DNA of 64,000 nucleotides from Candidatus Moraniibacteriota bacterium (GTDB lineage Bacteria; Patescibacteriota; Minisyncoccia; Moranbacterales; UBA2206): NCBI GenBank assembly GCA_049304095.1, contig JBAQNU010000024.1, positions 11,893 to 75,892 of the forward strand, read 5' to 3'. Shown piece by piece: positions 57,686 to 64,000 of this stretch (position 1 is its first letter; each line of letters starts with the position of its first letter). The notes under the pieces were generated by a model. It saw only the letters and a program-made list of their open reading frames with translations, ran no database searches and was not told where the DNA came from. The position numbers and the translations under genes were made by a program.

Positions 57686-58789
57686 ATGGAAAAGCAAAGA
57701 AAAATCAGATTGTTTGTAGTAGCGGCAATGGTTGTTGTTTGTCTGTTTTCCCTGTCTGGGAACTCTTTGGCAGACGACTATCTTGGGACTGATTGGTGGG
57801 TGAAAGTCAGCACCGAAAGCGTTCCCTGGCTAAACGGTAGCTTTACGGTTGCCGGCTATGACCGTTGGGGAAACCATTTTTCCCACACGGGGAATAAGAT
57901 TCAAATTGGGCGCGGACCGGAGTTGGGGGTGTTTTATGTGACCGGCTCGACGCGGTTGACACTCTCTGGCTATAATTTTGGGAGCAATTTCTATCCTGTT
58001 TCCATGTCTAGCACAGGAGCGCCAATTCTCAATGGTGGCAATATCGAAGTTTCAACAAATGGGGAAAATCATCTGACAATTAACATCCAAAACAGTCCAG
58101 CCCTGGGACAAGTCAACACGAAAATTGTTTTTGATGGAGTATCAAAGGCAACTGTGTCGAATGCTTTGGTCGCCAAAATCACCTCATCATTGCAAAACAA
58201 TGGCTGCTCGGAAATCATGAGCAGCTATATGGTAGACGGTGTCGTGCACAGCGTTCAACCCTCAGCCCAGGCGATCAATGAGGACTTTAATTGCTCAGAG
58301 ATTTTCGGGGCGATGGGTGGCGGAACCTTGAATGCTCCGTCGATGTTCATCCGTATGCCCCAGGGATTATGGAGTGGATATTTCCAAAAAGATTCGAGTG
58401 TTAATTCCTCGGATGACAATGTCTATTTGGCCATTGATCAACCAGTCTCAAACTATACAGTTGAAGTCTGGGATTATTGCGCCAAGCTTAACGCGGATTT
58501 TAGCATTGACATTCCTTGTGTTAACGTCGGAGGGGGGTTCTATCGTATTCGACTTGATTATGCAAATCAGGTCGACTCTCCTTTGCTCTGGAGACTGAGG
58601 GATATTTATCCCGCGGGAAATAATTACAATTCAATCCCGATCGACCTCGATCTCGAGTTGGTAATCCCGTATATCAATCTGGCAAACGGGATAAACTATG
58701 GTATCGGATTGTCTTATTCCGGGGCCGACGCCGCTGGTTATTATTGGCAGATTACCTCGGCAGTGCCAAACGCTTGCAATACCCAATGA
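57686..58789 (+). CDS. Secreted protein with a signal peptide, hypothetical
   Basis: AAGGAG Shine-Dalgarno. N-terminal h-region VVAAMVVVCLFSLSGNSLA. Confidence 0.5.
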   Translation: MEKQRKIRLFVVAAMVVVCLFSLSGNSLADDYLGTDWWVKVSTESVPWLNGSFTVAGYDRWGNHFSHTGNKIQIGRGPELGVFYVTGSTRLTLSGYNFGSNFYPVSMSSTGAPILNGGNIEVSTNGENHLTINIQNSPALGQVNTKIVFDGVSKATVSNALVAKITSSLQNNGCSEIMSSYMVDGVVHSVQPSAQAINEDFNCSEIFGAMGGGTLNAPSMFIRMPQGLWSGYFQKDSSVNSSDDNVYLAIDQPVSNYTVEVWDYCAKLNADFSIDIPCVNVGGGFYRIRLDYANQVDSPLLWRLRDIYPAGNNYNSIPIDLDLELVIPYINLANGINYGIGLSYSGADAAGYYWQITSAVPNACNTQ

Positions 58790-59084
58790 TCCAATGAGTG
58801 AAATCTATCACTCAGTACAAAAAAAGGCGGTTGAGGTCTCACTTCAGCCGCCTATTTAATTAAAAAAATTAGCCTTTGCTAATCTGCTAGTAATGGCAAT
58901 GCTAAATGGGGTTTGCTGAGAAACTTGACTAATAGACTGACCTGTGCTACAAATAAATTTCAAAGTTATTTAAAAACCAAATAGGTCTTTTGGTTGATGA
59001 AGCTTTTTCAGTTTCCATTCCTTGAGCGTGGTGCCCAAGGAAGACGGAAGATGGGTTGAAAACTTGAAATGAGGAGTAGTTACT

Positions 59085-59549
59085 ATGTCTAGAAAAATGA
59101 GTTTGGTGGAAATTTTTTGTCAGAAGCTGGTGTCATTTTTGTCAAACAACCAAAAAATCAAGGAGGATAAGCGGGAGGACAAAGTCAAATTAAGAAAAGA
59201 TGTTGAGCAGGAGGACAAAGTCAAATTGAGGAGAGATGTTCAGCAGGAACTGATTTCAGTTAATTCGTTTGAAAATTTTCTTGCTGAACGGATGACTGAG
59301 GAGCTTCAAGTGCTTCTTGATAATGAAAAAATTAAGCTCAGTGATAGAGAGCGGGAGGAGGTTGTTTCAGCAAAAAAAAGTTTGAAAAAAGCGCAAGATG
59401 AGTTAGTTGAGTTGATTAATGTCTTGGTCAAGAAGGAGGAATATGTCAAGAATGACCTTGATATGATCAATGCCAAGGGTAGTTTGATTCGCGAACTCTT
59501 CAGAAAGGCTCAATTTGTTCATTTGCAGGTAGTATCAGGCAAGAAATAA
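59085..59549 (+). CDS. Coiled-coil hypothetical protein
   Basis: GAGGAG Shine-Dalgarno. Internal repeat EDKVKLRKDVEQ/EDKVKLRRDVQQ. Confidence 0.45.
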   Translation: MSRKMSLVEIFCQKLVSFLSNNQKIKEDKREDKVKLRKDVEQEDKVKLRRDVQQELISVNSFENFLAERMTEELQVLLDNEKIKLSDREREEVVSAKKSLKKAQDELVELINVLVKKEEYVKNDLDMINAKGSLIRELFRKAQFVHLQVVSGKK

Positions 59550-59696
59550 TCGCAAAAAAAACAAAACAAGACACAAAAGACAAAACGTAAAAGACAAAAG
59601 ACAAAGAAAAAAGTACACTGAGCTAGGCACACTAAACTAGTAAATAACAGTCGACTGGAATTGAACACAATTCTAAATGACTTGTTGATAAATTAA

Positions 59697-59830
59697 AGAA
59701 AGGAGTTATTCGCAATGCGGACGACTCCTTTTTCTTTTGCCAAAATAGTTTGACCACAAGCCCAAACTATGCTACAAATTAGTTTCACAGTTTTTTAAAA
59801 ATCAAATAGGTTTTTTTGGACTATTCTGGA
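59697..59830 (+). promoter_or_regulatory. Repeated terminator-promoter-leader cassette (copy 4)
   Basis: See copy 2. The hairpin stem covaries between the copies (AAAAGGG/CCCTTTT versus AAAGGAGT/ACTCCTTT). Confidence 0.45.
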
Positions 59831-59860
59831 TATATTCCATACACGAAAGGAGAAAAAAGA

Positions 59861-60571
59861 ATGGAAAAAAGAATTATCGGTATGTCCACTGGAACGCTTT
59901 TCAAAAGTATTCCGCCCGTTTCATCAGGGATTATCAAGCTTCATAAAAGATTGGGAGGCGACGCAATTGAGATTGGCTGTCTTCGCAAAAAAGAACTTGT
60001 TGAATTAGCTAATCTTGACGCTGTTGACATTAATAAGCATTTTCAGCACGTTTCGTTGCATGCCCCGACAGATTTGAAATATAATCTGAATTTTGAGACA
60101 ATGAGTGTTCTGGGGCACATTACGAGAGCACATAAGCAGTTTGATTTTAAATGTGTAGTGATTCATCCAGATGTTGTTGATGACTGGTCTGTTTTGAAAA
60201 ACCTGTCTTTTCCAATCAGCGTTGAAAACTCGGATTGGAGAAAGGCAAGCTATCGAACCGTCTCTAATTTGGAACAGCTCTTCGAGCTTACCAACTTCGG
60301 TTTTGTTTTAGACCTTAACCACTGCTTCAGCAATGACCAGTCAATGAGACTGGCAGAACTGATGATTGAGAAGTTTCTTGACCGAATCAGCGAAATTCAC
60401 CTGAGTGGTTTCGTGGAATATCATGAGCCACTTTTTATTACAAAACAACTCAAAATATTGGACGCTGTGCCCAAAGAAAGTAGCCTGCCAATTATCCTCG
60501 AAGGCGTTTGTGAAAACATGGATGATGCTCTGACAGAATTCAGGTATGTCAATAAATTCTTTAATGGCTGA
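59861..60571 (+). CDS. Hypothetical protein
   Basis: Start placed at MEKRIIG, 7 nt after an AAAGGAG Shine-Dalgarno. Confidence 0.45.
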   Translation: MEKRIIGMSTGTLFKSIPPVSSGIIKLHKRLGGDAIEIGCLRKKELVELANLDAVDINKHFQHVSLHAPTDLKYNLNFETMSVLGHITRAHKQFDFKCVVIHPDVVDDWSVLKNLSFPISVENSDWRKASYRTVSNLEQLFELTNFGFVLDLNHCFSNDQSMRLAELMIEKFLDRISEIHLSGFVEYHEPLFITKQLKILDAVPKESSLPIILEGVCENMDDALTEFRYVNKFFNG

Positions 60572-60580
60572 AAAGGAGAA

Positions 60581-60832
60581 GTGATAATGACAAGAAAAGC
60601 AACGATGTTTATTATAGGCCTGATAGCAACGCCGTTTATTGCGATGGCTATCATTGGGTATGTTTATTTGGGTTTCTGGAAGACCGCACTGGCCTTTTTA
60701 TTGGTTGCCGGTATGGTTGCGTCGGTTTTTTTCGGAGTTAAATCGGCCAAGACTTTCAGCTACAAAATTAAGAAAGTGAAAGAAAGCCGAAGGTTGAAAC
60801 AAGACATTTGCAAACTAAGGAGGGAGGCATGA
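60581..60832 (+). CDS. Small 2-TM membrane protein
   Basis: ORF with two hydrophobic helices. Confidence 0.35.
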   Translation: MIMTRKATMFIIGLIATPFIAMAIIGYVYLGFWKTALAFLLVAGMVASVFFGVKSAKTFSYKIKKVKESRRLKQDICKLRREA

Positions 60833-60833
60833 G

Positions 60834-61097
60834 ATGAGAGAAATAAAAAAAACATGTGGGGTAAAAACGCGAATAGGGCTGATGAGCTTGACGGGGAAGC
60901 CAGGCTCAGTTGAAATGCCGGACGGAATCGTTCTTTCTTGTCCGCGGTGCGGGCAACTTCTGGCAGATAAGGGTCAGTGTCTGGCGGAGTTTATTATAGC
61001 TCCCTGTAAAGAATCGAAGACGGGATTTACGTTGGAGCTTTTAGCAGATTGCCGAGGCTGTGGATACAACGACGGTCCGCCAGCCGTCGATTTCTAA
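60834..61097 (+). CDS. Small zinc-ribbon protein
   Basis: CPRCG...CRGCG pairs. Confidence 0.35.
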   Translation: MREIKKTCGVKTRIGLMSLTGKPGSVEMPDGIVLSCPRCGQLLADKGQCLAEFIIAPCKESKTGFTLELLADCRGCGYNDGPPAVDF

Positions 61098-61300
61098 AAA
61101 AAGCCGCATTGTCGGCAAGCGTAACAGAGAGGTGTGGTTTTTCACACGCCCCTCTGTTTTTTATTCCCCAACCTCTTTTTCTAAACCACTCTTACTATTG
61201 ACAAAAACACTTTTTTGCTATATCTTTTGTCTTAGCTTTTCGGGGAATAATTTCAACGATTAAAGCGCCGTTCTTTACCTTTTTTATAGGAGAATTACCC

Positions 61301-61735
61301 ATGTTTAACTTTTTAAAGAGTACTAGTCAGAAGGAAGTTGAAAAACAGATTAGGGCCGCTCAAGAATCCATTGTTAACTTGAGTCGATCAGCTTTTCAAC
61401 TCGCAGCTTCACTGAGAATGATTCCAATCAAAAGAACGCAAGATTTTTGCTATGATTTTTTGAGTCATTTGATTGATTGGCGGAAATATTCTCTAAGTGA
61501 AGATGAAATCGGAAAAATTCACTTGAGATTGGCTGATGTCGAGTGTTCCAAGGAGGATTTGCAGGAAATCCTAAACATCCTTAGAGCATTTGAATATGAT
61601 GAAGCCACCATTCTCAGCTCTCTCGACGAACTCAGAAAGAGAACAGAAGATCAAAAAGCTTTTTGTCAGGAGCTGATTGAGAGGCTGAAAGTTCAGAACC
61701 CTCTCATGAATATGTTCTTTGCTGACATAATCTAA
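61301..61735 (+). CDS. Hypothetical protein
   Basis: ORF only. Confidence 0.4.
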   Translation: MFNFLKSTSQKEVEKQIRAAQESIVNLSRSAFQLAASLRMIPIKRTQDFCYDFLSHLIDWRKYSLSEDEIGKIHLRLADVECSKEDLQEILNILRAFEYDEATILSSLDELRKRTEDQKAFCQELIERLKVQNPLMNMFFADII

Positions 61736-62251
61736 AATCCCAAGTTGCTAGGCGGATGTTTATGGAGGCGATCCGCTGGCAATAAATAACCAGAACCTTT
61801 TAAACCGTCATAAATCTTTAGGCGGTTTTTTATTTGGCTATTTTCCGTGCTATAATAGACCTAAGTCGGTTATAGGCAAAAAGAAGATGAAAAGAACAAT
61901 CTACATCATACTCACCATGCTCCTGGGCCTACTTTTGGCTCGAATTGTGCATGGGCTGGCTGAGATTTGGCTTCTCGGCGAAATGTTTTCGGCAGGGGAA
62001 TTGCCAGTGGCCTATGTTTTCCTTGGCATGCAAAGCTATCTGCCACCCTATTTTTCAGTCGGCCTATTTGGCTTTGGTCTCATTGGCGGATATTTCCTCG
62101 GCCAAACTTGGTGGCGAATAATCTACATCGAACATCGCCGTTGGCGGAAAGGGAAATAGGGTTTTTGAAGAAGCGGATGTCCCGTTTTTTCTTTTGCCAA
62201 AGCGGGGAAATGGGGGTAGAATAGGGGTGTACACAATTTATCTCGTTAAAT

Positions 62252-62527
62252 ATGAAATACTATATCATCATCTATTTTTTCGTCGGTATCTTCCAGGATT
62301 TTCTGTTGACTTTGAATTGGCGATATGTTGCCAAGCACAAAATCGCGCCAGCCGTTTCAATGTCTTTTCTTGTGACCATCACGACTATGCTTGTGATCTA
62401 TAATATAATTGCTAAATTGGACGAAGAAAGAAGCGTCGTTGCAATCGTCATCTATGCCGCTGGTGTTGCTATGGGAACATTTTTGGGTATGAAATTTAAA
62501 TATGGAATGGATGAGGAAAAGAAATAA
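62252..62527 (+). CDS. Small membrane protein
   Basis: Three hydrophobic helices. Confidence 0.35.
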   Translation: MKYYIIIYFFVGIFQDFLLTLNWRYVAKHKIAPAVSMSFLVTITTMLVIYNIIAKLDEERSVVAIVIYAAGVAMGTFLGMKFKYGMDEEKK

Positions 62528-62879
62528 GCTTATGTCCGAAATCAAAAAACTCACTGAAAAAATTTTAAAGTTTAGACGCGACCGAGATTGGGAGCAATTT
62601 CACACACCAAAAGATTTGGCTATCTCATTGTCTCTTGAAGCTGGAGAGGTTTTGGAACATTTTCAGTGGAAAAGTAAAGAGGAAATTGAAAAGCATATTA
62701 CTACTAATAAGGAAGAGATTGGTGATGAGTTGGGGGACGTGTTTAACTATCTTTTGCTGATGGCGCATGATTTCAAAATCGATCTAGCTAAGGCGGCGGA
62801 AAATAAAATTAAAAAAAGCGCGCTGAAATATCCAATCGAAAAAGCGAGAGGGAGGCATACTAAATACAATAAACTCTAG
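62502..62879 (+). CDS. MazG-like nucleotide pyrophosphohydrolase
   Basis: EAGEVLEHF...IGDELGDVFNYLLLMA signature. Confidence 0.65.
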   Translation: MEWMRKRNKLMSEIKKLTEKILKFRRDRDWEQFHTPKDLAISLSLEAGEVLEHFQWKSKEEIEKHITTNKEEIGDELGDVFNYLLLMAHDFKIDLAKAAENKIKKSALKYPIEKARGRHTKYNKL

Positions 62880-63114
62880 ATTTAGAGATAAATAGCTATT
62901 TCTAAGTTAGTTTACATCGGTATTGACAATATAAACAAAATGGCCTGTTTAGTTTATATTGAATTAAGATGATATATAGCAAAGCAAGCCCAAGATCGGC
63001 TTGTTTTCTTTACGAAAGCGAGTATTTGGAGTAGAATTAAATTAGGTTAAATCAGGTTGTTGACGAATTTTTGCGATATGATAGAATGGTGATATCGTAA
63101 CATCTATTTTTATA

Positions 63115-63957
63115 TTGCAACTTAAACTAATAAAAGATATGAAAAAAAACACATTGAAAAAAGAAGAAGCTATTAGATCTATTGTTTATGCATCAGTTGA
63201 ATCTTTTGCCGTTGGGTTTCAAGGGAGGCATGAGGGCGAGTTAGAAGATCCCGAAGGAACGCTAAATATGAAAATTCATAATGTTTTCATTGCAGTTCTT
63301 GGTCCAGAAATACAATACTACACCGCCCTAGTGCGATCACTCGATAGTTCATTGGGTAATATGCTGGAAAAAATGGCTATCAATATCGCAAAATTGACTT
63401 ATGAAGTCAAGCAAAATGTCGAAGGACCACTTAGTCTCAAGCAAACTCAAGATATGGCAGAATTGCTAGAAAAATATAAACGCAGAGAAATAACACCGCC
63501 AACGGCAAATGATTATCAATTTTTACGCGTCAAACCAGCGGAACAATCGCTTGTAACTAAAAGACATGATAGCGATTATTATTTGATTGATAAAGAAACG
63601 GGAGAAAACTTTTTGATTGAGTTGAAAATAGGTGGTGATTTGGACAATAAAAAAGCGAGATCGGAAAAAGAAGCTCTACTGGAGCAATTTGCAATCTTGT
63701 CAAACACATTACCTCAGGATACAAAAATAAAAATGTTTTTTGCAACCGCATATAATCGCTTCGGTGAAGGCAAGCCATGGAGACAGGAGCGTGTTCGGCA
63801 ATATTTTTCAGATGACGAGCTTTTAATCGGGAAAGATTTTTGGGATTTTGTTTGTAAGTCAGATGATGGATATAATATTGTTCTTGAAGCTTATAAAGAA
63901 AAAGCGGATCTAATTAAAAATTCACTAGATTCAATTAAAAAAACTTATTTGGGATAA
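63115..63957 (+). CDS. Putative type II restriction endonuclease, inferred from its methyltransferase partner
   Basis: 280-aa ORF ending 3 nt before a gene that starts MHPLIKWPGGKSK (a Dam-family N-terminus). Confidence 0.3.
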   Translation: MQLKLIKDMKKNTLKKEEAIRSIVYASVESFAVGFQGRHEGELEDPEGTLNMKIHNVFIAVLGPEIQYYTALVRSLDSSLGNMLEKMAINIAKLTYEVKQNVEGPLSLKQTQDMAELLEKYKRREITPPTANDYQFLRVKPAEQSLVTKRHDSDYYLIDKETGENFLIELKIGGDLDNKKARSEKEALLEQFAILSNTLPQDTKIKMFFATAYNRFGEGKPWRQERVRQYFSDDELLIGKDFWDFVCKSDDGYNIVLEAYKEKADLIKNSLDSIKKTYLG

Positions 63958-63959
63958 TT

Positions 63960-64000
63960 ATGCATCCACTTATTAAATGGCCTGGTGGAAAATCCAAGGA
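63960..64000 (+). CDS. D12-class N6-adenine DNA methyltransferase, 5' end only (truncated by the window edge)
   Basis: MHPLIKWPGGKSK matches the KWAGGK motif. Confidence 0.5.
   Translation, partial: MHPLIKWPGGKSK

Noticed and set aside
59560-59625. A/G-rich tract (AAAACAAGACACAAAAGACAAAACG...) as a CRISPR-like or tandem repeat
   Set aside because: It is an imperfect low-complexity purine run with no regular repeat unit or spacers. No CRISPR array or cas genes are present anywhere in the window.

Overview
This is a 64 kb low-GC bacterial window in which almost every gene lies on the + strand; the only convincing minus-strand gene is a TauE/SafE-type transporter at 56167-56928. It is a mosaic of mobile and defence DNA next to housekeeping and transport genes. 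The main contents are:

- Two paralogous modules, at 56-5057 and 26928-31801, with the same gene order: small terminase-like protein, large terminase, conserved hypothetical, tyrosine integrase, then a zinc-ribbon membrane protein. No capsid, portal or tail genes are visible.
- A ~220-nt intergenic element between the integrase and the zinc-ribbon gene of each module that is conserved above the level of the proteins and shows compensatory base-pair changes, G-U wobbles and GNRA tetraloops. I read it as a candidate structured RNA.
- A 32-34-aa single-TM micro-ORF translationally coupled (ATGA overlap) to the large-terminase stop in both modules.
- A defence-like pair at 6846-12598: a 1197-aa Upf1-like SF1B helicase with a C-terminal DUF559/Vsr-like endonuclease domain, immediately followed by an OLD-family ATPase+Toprim nuclease.
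- xseA (with an unusual N-terminal extension), xseB and a HEPN-like gene.
- Three tandem tyrosine-integrase islets at 15301-21547, with a tRNA-like T-arm/acceptor remnant, short direct repeats (CCCACGAATCACCTC and TTCTAGGGAG), an ADP-ribosyltransferase-fold (KptA/Tpt1-like) gene, and two tiny Gly/Asp-rich acidic peptide ORFs with strong ribosome-binding sites and a terminator.
- A ~250-nt conserved non-coding element present twice (17928-18192 and 53271-53505) whose 5' end mimics the anti-Shine-Dalgarno 3' tail of 16S rRNA.
- A replication/modification module: Toprim primase fused to a P4-type NTPase, a Dam-like N6-adenine methyltransferase and a ParB-like nuclease.
- A cluster of PIF1/RecD-like helicase, Fic, a SMODS-like nucleotidyltransferase overlapping a 2-TM protein, and a SWIM zinc-finger protein. 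The nucleotidyltransferase/2-TM pair is a candidate minimal CBASS-like system.
- Housekeeping and transport genes: TetR, an AttH-like protein, patatin, two MacAB-type ABC efflux sets with HlyD adaptors, MarR, two GT4 glycosyltransferases, an MFS transporter and a P-type ATPase whose stop codon lies inside a frameshifted GT4 C-terminal remnant.
- A repeated terminator-promoter-leader cassette in front of four small genes, followed by a cupin, PAP2-like, TauE/SafE and MazG-like genes, and a putative restriction endonuclease next to the 5' end of a Dam-like methyltransferase at the window edge.

All functional calls rest on motifs I recognised by eye. No database searches were run.
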